Part shown: in pieces, positions 7,257-14,874 of the stretch
How the letters are laid out: the number at the start of each line of letters is the position of its first letter
Numbering within the stretch: position 1 is the first letter of the stretch
Source of the DNA: an uncultured archaeon
GTDB taxonomy: Archaea > Asgardarchaeota > Heimdallarchaeia > Heimdallarchaeales > Heimdallarchaeaceae
Assembly: GCA_964549075.1 (NCBI GenBank)
Contig: CAZJUB010000066.1
Span: forward strand, 1 to 14,874
Direction of reading: 5' to 3'
DNA length: 14,874 nt
Notes under the pieces: model-generated
Told to the model about the DNA's origin: nothing
Seen by the model: the letters and a program-made list of their open reading frames with translations, nothing else
Database searches by the model: none
Program-made: the position numbers and the translations under genes

Positions 7257-8228
7257 TTATTCAACACTTTTTGTCTCTAATACTTTCTTAGCACTTATTA
7301 TCAGATTTTGTTTGTTTATTTTTTCTGCAAGCTTTATTCCTCTTTCCAAGTAGGGTACTGCTTTGGGATATTGATCTAGTTTTATGAAAGTTCTACCAAT
7401 TGATATAGATCCCATCGCTTGTGCAACTTTAATTCCAAGACCTAATGCAGCATCATATCCTGATTTATAAAATTCTAGGGCTCTTTGATATTCTTTCTTC
7501 TGCATATACAAATCTCCAAGACTAAGGATCGAAAACGGAACACCAATCTTGAATCTTAACTCATCTCTCAGTCTCAACGACTCAGCAAGATATTTCTCAG
7601 CTTCTTCAAACTTTTCATTTCTAAGCTCTAATAAACCTAGATGTCTTGCTGCAAAGGATAATTCGATGGGATTACCTGTGTTTTTGGCTAAATGATATGC
7701 ATTACTATACCATTTTCTTGCATCCTCAAACTGCTTATCTCTCTCAAAAAACAGACCACGATAGAAATATGCCATACTTAGATATTTTGGATTTCTAAGT
7801 ACTTCCAGTATTTCAACAGCTTTAATGATATAGTCTAATGCTACATTCAGATTAGCTATTTTTTCTTCTGGACTTGTAGCAGCTCTATAATCCCAAACTA
7901 TTGCATATTGGATAAATAATCTTGCACTTTCTAACGATTGATCATCATGAATCAGATTTTCGCAAATTTGCAATTTCTCTGCAGCTAAATCAAAGCTTAC
8001 GTCTTCCATAAAAACTGCAACGACAAGTATCTCACAATATAGGAGATAGAATTGTTCTTTGAGATACTCTTCAAACCCTTCCTCATGAACAACGAGTTCA
8101 CCTTTTTCCAATAATTCGATAGCTTTGTTCAAATCACCATTATAATAAACTTCTTGGACCTTTGCTAGAAATGATGAGATATCCTGAATCTGTTGCTCTT
8201 TCATCACTGTTAACATCAACATTATCAT
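7257..8228 (-). CDS. Tetratricopeptide repeat (TPR) protein
   Basis: Repeated units of about 40 aa with A..LG..Y...G/K.YE.A..Y...A character (SMAYFYRG, FAARHLG, SILSLGDLY, SISIGRTF). The start is uncertain and may be 8216 or 8204. Confidence 0.85.
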   Translation of the reverse strand: MIMLMLTVMKEQQIQDISSFLAKVQEVYYNGDLNKAIELLEKGELVVHEEGFEEYLKEQFYLLYCEILVVAVFMEDVSFDLAAEKLQICENLIHDDQSLESARLFIQYAIVWDYRAATSPEEKIANLNVALDYIIKAVEILEVLRNPKYLSMAYFYRGLFFERDKQFEDARKWYSNAYHLAKNTGNPIELSFAARHLGLLELRNEKFEEAEKYLAESLRLRDELRFKIGVPFSILSLGDLYMQKKEYQRALEFYKSGYDAALGLGIKVAQAMGSISIGRTFIKLDQYPKAVPYLERGIKLAEKINKQNLIISAKKVLETKSVE

Positions 8229-8286
8229 TGATATACTTTTTTAAGATTAGATAATTATCTATATCAAATATCTAGAAAATAGTTCA

Positions 8287-10149
8287 TTATCCAACAATTT
8301 TTTTTCTTTTTAAAACTAATTGAACAATAGATGTTACAATAATCGGTAATATTAGAATAACTGAAAAGCCAATTGCGAATATTGGTGGTTCTGTATAAAT
8401 TGTAGGTTCAGCTAGAGGGTATGGGTCTGTAACATTTGTCCAGCTCAAGATAGAATAAGGTTCTGAACCAGACCAATCCGAATAATAGTTTCCTTCTTTT
8501 GTTGATTCTTCAAACCAAGTATTATTGATTCCAAAGTCCATAGCTTGAGGAGATCCGTCCAATTGGTTATCGATAAAATTATTGTGATGAATGATATTGT
8601 AATCAGAAAAATCTAATCTTAATCCGGGATAACCGGTATAATCATAGTGATTGTTGTTTATTATGTTATTGTATTTTATTTTACACTCATCTGAATATAT
8701 TAGATAAATCCCCCCAAATTGATTTTCTCTACAAGTGTTGTTTACTAAGGAAGTACGATTTGATTCTATAATCCAAATTCCACAAAAGCTGTTGTTCTCT
8801 ATTAAATTAGATTTTATCAAAATATCCTCACTATCTTGAAGGTCTATGCCTTTTATCCAGTTTATACAAATTGTGTTAATAACATCTATATTTTTACTCG
8901 ATACTATCCTAATTGCATATCTGTTTATGTAATTGTATGATATAAGCTTCAGATTGGAGATAGTTACTTTTTCACAATTAAACAAAGCAATCCCACAAAA
9001 CTCCGCTGTATTAAGCTGGTTTCTAATTTTTATCTTATAACCATTAATTATGATGATTTGACCATATATTGGTTCATCAAAATTAAACCGTTTTAGATTG
9101 AGAAAGAATCCTAATTTGTAATTATTTACAAAATTTCCACATACTACACTATCAATATAATTTTCATAATAATCGTCAGCGATTTCTAAACCTGAACCAA
9201 ATAGATGATTATATGAAATTTTTATTTCGGGGGATTGATGGACAGATAAAGAATCCCTTTCAGATGTAGAAGTATTATTTAGTACTGAAACTGAGATTGA
9301 GTTGCCTATTGCAATTCCAGAGCAGTCATTTTCAGAATACGCATAATTCTGGTCAATTATAGCAAAATTCGAATAAGAACACATTATCCCTGCAAGTTCA
9401 TTATTTATACAAGTGTTGTTTCTTATAATAGAGTTGTGGGAGTAATAAATTTCAATACCGTTTGAATAGCTGTTCTCTATTAAAATATTATCTGCAATTT
9501 GACAGTTCAAGGAATGTTCAACTATAATTCCTCCCTGAAGATTATGTTTGCAGATATTATTAGTGATTGTAGAATAATTACATCCTTCTTTCAGTAGTAT
9601 TCCATTAAAATGATTTCTAGAACAAGTGTTGCTGGTTATAGATAGCTCCTTAGAGTATTTACCCCAAATGCCAATATGGTTGGTGTTTGAACAAATATTA
9701 TTCTCTACAACACATGTTCCCGCAGAAACATTAAACAGATAAATACCAAAGCCACTAGAGCATAGAAGACAATTTCTTATTACAAAATATCTGGTTGTGT
9801 TAACAACGTTAATCGCTCTAGCATCATTAGTGGTTATGTTATAATTTTCAATTATAAATGGATCATAATGGGTTCCAATCCCACTTGAACTAAAATTCCC
9901 AAAATCATTATCTGTCAGAATTTGTATAGAGGAATGAGAGATGTAATTGATGTTGTACTCTTTTTGTTTAATACTTAATACATAATTGCTGCTATAATTT
10001 CCTCTATGTTCTTGTTTAAGTGATGGAACATTGCTTGCTACTTCTTGATAATGATAAATAGGAATAATTAGAAATAACATTAATAGCAGCAACCTTATCT
10101 TCAATTTTATCATAATTGTTAGATCTTTAAAACTCATATAGTTTTTCAT
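8287..10149 (-). CDS. Secreted, membrane-anchored right-handed parallel beta-helix (NosD/CASH-like) protein
   Basis: N-terminal hydrophobic signal. G.GT..DPFIIENYNI lead-in. Many GI.L..S....I.NN.C..N repeats. GNYYSDW..DPYPL cap. C-terminal TM helix followed by KRKK. The true start may be a downstream Met. Confidence 0.88.
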   Translation of the reverse strand: MKNYMSFKDLTIMIKLKIRLLLLMLFLIIPIYHYQEVASNVPSLKQEHRGNYSSNYVLSIKQKEYNINYISHSSIQILTDNDFGNFSSSGIGTHYDPFIIENYNITTNDARAINVVNTTRYFVIRNCLLCSSGFGIYLFNVSAGTCVVENNICSNTNHIGIWGKYSKELSITSNTCSRNHFNGILLKEGCNYSTITNNICKHNLQGGIIVEHSLNCQIADNILIENSYSNGIEIYYSHNSIIRNNTCINNELAGIMCSYSNFAIIDQNYAYSENDCSGIAIGNSISVSVLNNTSTSERDSLSVHQSPEIKISYNHLFGSGLEIADDYYENYIDSVVCGNFVNNYKLGFFLNLKRFNFDEPIYGQIIIINGYKIKIRNQLNTAEFCGIALFNCEKVTISNLKLISYNYINRYAIRIVSSKNIDVINTICINWIKGIDLQDSEDILIKSNLIENNSFCGIWIIESNRTSLVNNTCRENQFGGIYLIYSDECKIKYNNIINNNHYDYTGYPGLRLDFSDYNIIHHNNFIDNQLDGSPQAMDFGINNTWFEESTKEGNYYSDWSGSEPYSILSWTNVTDPYPLAEPTIYTEPPIFAIGFSVILILPIIVTSIVQLVLKRKKIVG

Positions 10150-10165
10150 TATAATGTAAGAATAA

Positions 10166-10297
10166 AAACTGAATGAAAAACAGACATCCTTGCTGTTTAG
10201 AGGACCTTATAGGAAGGGAGTGCTTGCCTTACACCTCTCTCTATTTATTTGATTTACTTTTTTTCTTGTGCGGTTTTCTTCAGTTTAAAAGAAAAAC
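10166..10297. other. Structured non-coding element (nested inverted repeats)
   Basis: AAACTGAA(T)GAAAA at 10166-10179 pairs with TTTTCTTCAGTTT at 10274-10286. Internal stems AAACAG/CTGTTT and AGAGG/CCTCT. The core is GC-richer than its flanks. Confidence 0.4.
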
Positions 10298-10363
10298 TTG
10301 AGCAAACAAACATTTATTATAGTAAAAAATACAACTATCCAATGGTCAGAAGAAAGTGGTAGA

Positions 10364-10813
10364 ATGATACACAAATTAACTAAAAACGAATACAATCATT
10401 TTCTTAAAAACTCTAATCAACAAATTAAAGAGTTATTCGAGTTTTTTGATGAACATAAAAATATTGATGTTTTAACCTCTTTAATTTTCAAGTCAGAAAG
10501 TTTTGAAGAACTTAAGAAAGAATTTCCAAATTATGAGGAAAGATCTTTAGCCGAATTTATCATTCATGCAAGGAAAGTTGGATTACTCGAATTATTGGAT
10601 AATGATAAATATAGGATGACAGATTCTGGAAAGAATTATCTCCATGGAATTGTTCACTTGATAATCGATTCCCATATCAATCATGGAATACCAGACGATA
10701 AAATGAAAAAGATTATCTATGATTATATCGGAAAAGATGAAGTGAAAAAACGTAAAGAACAAAAAGAAGTAGAACATGCGAAGGAAGTAGAATTAGGTTT
10801 ATTTCCAGTCTAA
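10364..10813 (+). CDS. Winged-helix domain protein, paralog A (149 aa)
   Basis: wHTH-like pattern IDVLTSL...SFEEL...L...GLL.....YRMTDSGK. Start moved from TTG 10298 to ATG 10364 because that Met aligns with Met1 of the paralog at 13314. Confidence 0.8.
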   Translation: MIHKLTKNEYNHFLKNSNQQIKELFEFFDEHKNIDVLTSLIFKSESFEELKKEFPNYEERSLAEFIIHARKVGLLELLDNDKYRMTDSGKNYLHGIVHLIIDSHINHGIPDDKMKKIIYDYIGKDEVKKRKEQKEVEHAKEVELGLFPV

Positions 10814-10974
10814 GGTTTTTTTCTACTATTTTCTCTCTCTATCTTTTAATCTTCAATTCTTTTTTAATAGTAGATTCTAATGAAGTATATTTATTGGTTG
10901 TTTGATTGTGTTCTCTTCATTTAGTAAGAATTTTATATTTCTGTAGAATTCATCTTGTATCTGGAAGTGTTCAT

Positions 10975-11796
10975 GTGAGTGTCATAAATTACTTCAACCA
11001 AAATCCACCTGGTGATATTCCTCTTGTCTTTGCTCCAGGAATAATTTCTACTGAACATTATGAATTTGCTGGATCTTTTACTCCTGATGGAAAAGAATTC
11101 TTCTTTACTCGTCGACCAACCTTCGAAGGTTCTGATAATCGTATTTATCATTGTACAGTTCAAGATGGTAAGTGGACTGAACCTAAACTTGCTCCTTTTG
11201 CATTAGATGTTTTTGAAATGTTACCTTATGTTACACCTAAAGGTGATAAACTGTTCTTTAGTTCTTATAGATTAAAGCCTGAAGAAGCAATAAGAGATGG
11301 AGAAATCTGGTACTCAGAGAAGATTAAACAAGGGTGGACTGAAGCTAGGTATTTTGATGCTTCTTTAAACAGGAAGTTCACAATGTATATTACATCAATG
11401 TCCACTGGAACCCTTTACTTTACTGCAAAAATCGGAGATAAACGAGGTATTTTCAAGTCTCAATTTGTAGATGGACAATATCAAGAACCAGAATATCTTC
11501 CTTCTGAAATAAACTCAATCGGTGCAGCTCATCCTTTCATAGCTCCTGACGAGAGTTTTCTTATTGTTGATTCACAACAAAAAGGGATAGGAAAACCTGA
11601 GTTGTTTATTAGTTTCAAGAATAAAGATGGGAATTGGACTGAGATGGTAAATATGGGCAATGAGATAAACGCTACTAGTACTGAATATGGAGCAAGTTTA
11701 TCTCCATGTGGTAACTATTTGTTCTTCCATAGAAGGATTCAAAATAAAGGTGACATCTATTGGGTTTCAGCTGACATAATCAAAACTTTATGTTAG
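10975..11796 (+). CDS. PD40 (WD40-like/TolB-like) beta-propeller repeat protein
   Basis: NQNPPG..P.VFAPGIIST, SFTPDGKEFFFTR, PYVTPKGDKLFFSS, PFIAPDESFLI, SLSPCGNYLFF and GDIYWVSA. GTG 10975 is preferred over TTG 10906 because the extension does not look protein-like. Confidence 0.82.
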   Translation: MSVINYFNQNPPGDIPLVFAPGIISTEHYEFAGSFTPDGKEFFFTRRPTFEGSDNRIYHCTVQDGKWTEPKLAPFALDVFEMLPYVTPKGDKLFFSSYRLKPEEAIRDGEIWYSEKIKQGWTEARYFDASLNRKFTMYITSMSTGTLYFTAKIGDKRGIFKSQFVDGQYQEPEYLPSEINSIGAAHPFIAPDESFLIVDSQQKGIGKPELFISFKNKDGNWTEMVNMGNEINATSTEYGASLSPCGNYLFFHRRIQNKGDIYWVSADIIKTLC

Positions 11797-11859
11797 TATG
11801 TTGTGTTAAAATCAACTATAACTTTAAAATCCACTTGAATTTTATATTTTTGATTAGAG

Positions 11860-13206
11860 ATGCCTATACAGTTTGCAACTAAAGTGAAAGGATCCTTACC
11901 CCCTACAAATCTTCTCCCTCTTTTAGTTGCATACATGCTTGATTCTATAGCCATATCAAGTTATTGGATTTTTTTCAGCGTATGGTTAAACGAAGAAATA
12001 ATAACTCCTGAAGCAGGTTACCAATTTCCCTATCTTATGTTAACTGTTGTGATTTCAGTTCCAGCTTTTGTTTCGATATTGGGGAGTTCATTCTTTAGTA
12101 GTTTTTCAGATAAGACAGGTAAACGTAAAGAAATCATGTTTCTCGCTCGAATTCTTTTAATGGCCCAATGTATTCTATTAATATTCTTTAATGACACAAG
12201 TATTCAGATTTTACTTATACTCGCAGTCTTTAGCGTTCACAACGTTTTTTACATTATGCATAACGCTTTAATTACTATTATCTGTCATCCAGATAAAAGA
12301 GGGGAAGTTTCCAGTTTTCAAATGCTTTTTGCAAGTTTAGGTTGGATGATTGGAAGTAGTGTATCAGGTTTGATTTACAAAAATTTGGGAATGATTGGAG
12401 GTTTATCAATTGGAGCTGGTTTTGCTCTTTTAACAGGAATAACTGTTCTGTTTTCGCCTACTAAACCTGATATTACTGAAGACACAATAGTGGAAGCTGA
12501 TCAACCTATTGTAACTCCAACTAATGCAGTGAGTCAAATTAAACCTCCATATCCTAAAATACCAGCTACTGAAATGACAATAAAATCTAAGAATTATTGG
12601 CAAATATTAACCCAAAAAAACATTCTAATCTTTCTTGTTATGCTCGCAATAATCGATTTTGGCACTGGACCTTTCAATGCTATGGCTTCAGTTTATTTGA
12701 GTAAAGTCGGGTTAACGGATGATTTTATTGGAATTTCAAATATGATAGCTACGTTTCTGGGGATGATTTTCCAGCTTTTCATTGGCAAATTGTTAGATAG
12801 AAAAGGAAGAAGACCGGTATTTCTTGCAGCAATGATTGGTTACCCAATAATATACTTGTTAATCTATCTGCTATCTGGATCTTGGATTGCAGTTTTCATA
12901 ATCTACTCATATCCACTGTATGCTCTTAGAAATCCTTCAGCTAATGCGATTATGTCTGATTTAACTGATGAAAAGGAACGTTCTAGAGGGATGAGTTTAC
13001 TTTCATTTGAGCAATCAATTTTCCTTAATACAGGCTCGTTTTTAGGTGCCTTTATAGCTGATATCTCTACAAAAGGGATCTTAATCTTGCCAGTATTTCC
13101 TTTGGCTTTCGGTATAATAACAGTTATTTTAGCGTTTTTCTTTATGAAGGAAACTAATAGAAAACTCCTGAAAGGGATGATTCCTGGACTAACACAAAAA
13201 GAATAG
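11860..13206 (+). CDS. Major facilitator superfamily transporter
   Basis: About 12 hydrophobic segments. MFS motif A in both halves (SDKTGKRK, GKLLDRKGRR), plus RGEVSS and ERSRGMS. Confidence 0.92.
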   Translation: MPIQFATKVKGSLPPTNLLPLLVAYMLDSIAISSYWIFFSVWLNEEIITPEAGYQFPYLMLTVVISVPAFVSILGSSFFSSFSDKTGKRKEIMFLARILLMAQCILLIFFNDTSIQILLILAVFSVHNVFYIMHNALITIICHPDKRGEVSSFQMLFASLGWMIGSSVSGLIYKNLGMIGGLSIGAGFALLTGITVLFSPTKPDITEDTIVEADQPIVTPTNAVSQIKPPYPKIPATEMTIKSKNYWQILTQKNILIFLVMLAIIDFGTGPFNAMASVYLSKVGLTDDFIGISNMIATFLGMIFQLFIGKLLDRKGRRPVFLAAMIGYPIIYLLIYLLSGSWIAVFIIYSYPLYALRNPSANAIMSDLTDEKERSRGMSLLSFEQSIFLNTGSFLGAFIADISTKGILILPVFPLAFGIITVILAFFFMKETNRKLLKGMIPGLTQKE

Positions 13207-13313
13207 ACGATATTTTTTCATTTTATCTCTTTTACTTCAATATATGCATTCTTTAGAAAATCAAATTTGCAATAGTTTAATATTGGCCAATTCATAATTA
13301 GAATGGTGAACTT

Positions 13314-13766
13314 ATGTTCGATAAACTTGATGATGAAGATTTTAGATATCTTTTAGTTAATTCAAGAGAGGCTATCTCATATATTCTTGATGTTTTAGAT
13401 GATAAAGATGCATTAGATATTCTAGCTTACCTGCATTATGAATCCGCTTCATTTAAGGCTTTAAACACCTTCTTTGATAAGATAGATAAGAACACTTTGT
13501 CTTCTTATATTACTAGACTCTGGGATTTTGGAATAGTTAAATATACCAAAAAAGAGGAATTTGAATTAACTAAATTAGGTAAGAAATTTTTACAAATAAC
13601 AGTTCAATTTGTAATTGAATCTTTTCTAAGTGACGAGATACAAGATGAGAAAATGAAGAAGATACTGGTACAAAGAATAGGTGCGACAGAGTTAGCACAA
13701 TTTAAAAAAGAAAGAGAAGAGAATAGAGCAAAAGGAATACAAATAGGACTTTTTAGAGGTACATAG
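13314..13766 (+). CDS. Winged-helix domain protein, paralog B (150 aa)
   Basis: LDILAYL...SFKAL...TLSSYITRL...GIV.....FELTKLGK resembles ArsR/HxlR-type wHTH domains. An SD-like GGTGA precedes the ATG. Confidence 0.82.
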   Translation: MFDKLDDEDFRYLLVNSREAISYILDVLDDKDALDILAYLHYESASFKALNTFFDKIDKNTLSSYITRLWDFGIVKYTKKEEFELTKLGKKFLQITVQFVIESFLSDEIQDEKMKKILVQRIGATELAQFKKEREENRAKGIQIGLFRGT

Positions 13767-13816
13767 CAGATTTATTCTATTTTCAGCTTCTTTTCATTTT
13801 TCTAGGAATAATGTTT

Positions 13817-13862
13817 AAAAGAAGAAAAGAAGAAAAGAAGAAGAGAAAAAAGGAAGAAAAAA
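13817..13862 (-). terminator. 46-nt polypurine/polypyrimidine tract with (AAAAGAAG)x3; likely terminator of the minus-strand flavoprotein gene
   Basis: Uninterrupted purines at 13817-13862 on +, which is T/C-rich on - starting 2 nt after the TAA stop. Three perfect 8-mers at 13817-13840. Confidence 0.55.
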
Positions 13863-13864
13863 TA

Positions 13865-14874
13865 TTACCATGTGGGTTCTTGTTCATACAGTTGTACTAA
13901 TCTGTCTCTCACAGCATCACTTCGGTATTCAGGTAGGATGATTGGTGAATACCGTTTTTCTTTTAAGTCAAGGGAATCTAGTATTTTCATTACTTTTCTT
14001 ACATGGTCAAGAGTCAGTTTTCCTGATAATTTAACTTTCTTTTTATATTCTTTAGCAGCAGTTATACCTGCTCGTCTTCCAAATACATTAATCTCAAGAA
14101 GTGAATTACCCATTAATCGATTCATTCCATGCACACCACCTGATATTTCTCCAGCTACGAGTAACCCATTAAGTGAAGTATAGCAGTTTTCATCAATTTC
14201 CACTCCCCCATTTTGATAATGTAAGGTTGGATATACTAAGATGGGATCTTTTGATATGTTAATACCAAATCGCTTCATCATTCGAAACATAGCACTTAGA
14301 TTCTTTTCCACAGTTCCTTTTCCATGAATTTCATCTATCAAAGGACTATCTAACCAAATTCCTCTCATTCCAGTTGGAGTTTCTATATAGTTATCTGTGC
14401 TTGTGCAACATTTGATTAATGAGGAAGCCTCAACATCTCTTGGTTCTAGTGGATAACAAATTTGTTCACCATCTCTCCCAAGGACTTGTCCTCCCATACT
14501 CCTTACTTTTTCAGTGATTAACAAACCAACAATTTGCTCAGGAAAAGCTGCACCAGTAGGATGGAATTGAGTAGATTCTAGGTTTCTCAATTTTGCTCCA
14601 GCACGATATGCCATAACAACACCATCAGCTGTAGCTCCATAGTGGTTTGTAGTTGGAAAACCAGCAACATGTAGTCTACCAAAACCTCCTGTACTTAAAA
14701 CAGTGATTTTTGATCTTACAATGAAATATTGTTTAGTTTCAACATTATATAATACTGCTCCAGCAATTCTACCTGTTTCGTCAGTTAGTAATTCTACAGC
14801 TGGAGAAAATTCAAGATATGGAATCTCTTTTTTGATAACTTCATCTTTTATGGTTCGGAAAATTTGCATTCCAG
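13865..14874 (-). CDS. Succinate dehydrogenase/fumarate reductase/L-aspartate oxidase family flavoprotein (5' partial)
   Basis: STGGFG, TADG..MAYRAGA, QFHPTG, LITEKVR, PRD, HYQNGG and GE..GGVHGMNRLMGNSL...VFG. The frame stays open to the window edge and the N-terminal GxGxxG region is outside the window. Confidence 0.9.
   Translation of the reverse strand, partial: GMQIFRTIKDEVIKKEIPYLEFSPAVELLTDETGRIAGAVLYNVETKQYFIVRSKITVLSTGGFGRLHVAGFPTTNHYGATADGVVMAYRAGAKLRNLESTQFHPTGAAFPEQIVGLLITEKVRSMGGQVLGRDGEQICYPLEPRDVEASSLIKCCTSTDNYIETPTGMRGIWLDSPLIDEIHGKGTVEKNLSAMFRMMKRFGINISKDPILVYPTLHYQNGGVEIDENCYTSLNGLLVAGEISGGVHGMNRLMGNSLLEINVFGRRAGITAAKEYKKKVKLSGKLTLDHVRKVMKILDSLDLKEKRYSPIILPEYRSDAVRDRLVQLYEQEPTW

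Noticed and set aside
7257-10149. TPR and beta-helix genes as a defence system or diversity-generating retroelement target
   Set aside because: No nuclease, NTPase or reverse transcriptase, and no template/variable repeat pair was seen. The repeats are evident only at protein level.
10298-10363. TTG-initiated N-terminal extension of wHTH paralog A
   Set aside because: The paralog alignment starts exactly at ATG 10364, and the extension contains a TATA-like TTTATTATA.
10592-10777. 61 aa hydrophobic minus-strand ORF (possible antisense toxin)
   Set aside because: Its Phe/Ile richness is just the reverse complement of Lys/Glu/Asp codons in wHTH paralog A.
10933-11163. 76 aa minus-strand ORF
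   Set aside because: Antisense shadow of the PD40 gene.
13817-13840. Tandem repeat as a CRISPR remnant
   Set aside because: The 8-nt low-complexity units have no spacers and no cas genes are nearby.
13872-14183. 103 aa plus-strand ORF
   Set aside because: Antisense shadow of the flavoprotein gene.

Overview
AT-rich, gene-dense prokaryotic window with no mobile element, CRISPR array, rRNA or tRNA. BRE/TATA-like boxes 21-40 nt before several starts, T-tract terminators, a COG2521-type methyltransferase and a membrane-anchored NosD-type beta-helix protein suggest an archaeon, possibly Asgard/Heimdallarchaeia (inference). Gene order: oligopeptidase B (+); nitroreductase (+); small hypothetical (-); a minus-strand cluster of SAM methyltransferase, cysteine hydrolase, CXXC-less TrxB-like flavoprotein and RlmN/Cfr-like radical SAM enzyme; membrane protein (+); TPR protein (-); beta-helix surface protein (-); winged-helix paralog A (+); PD40 propeller (+); MFS transporter (+); winged-helix paralog B (+); and a partial Sdh/Frd/NadB-family flavoprotein (-). 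The best candidate for an undescribed system is the 3177-6625 cluster. Its RlmN-like enzyme keeps the methyl-carrier Cys but lacks the resolving Cys and the N-terminal domain, and its TrxB-like partner lacks the redox disulfide. Also notable are the collinear winged-helix paralog pair ending in GLF and a structured non-coding element at about 10166-10297.
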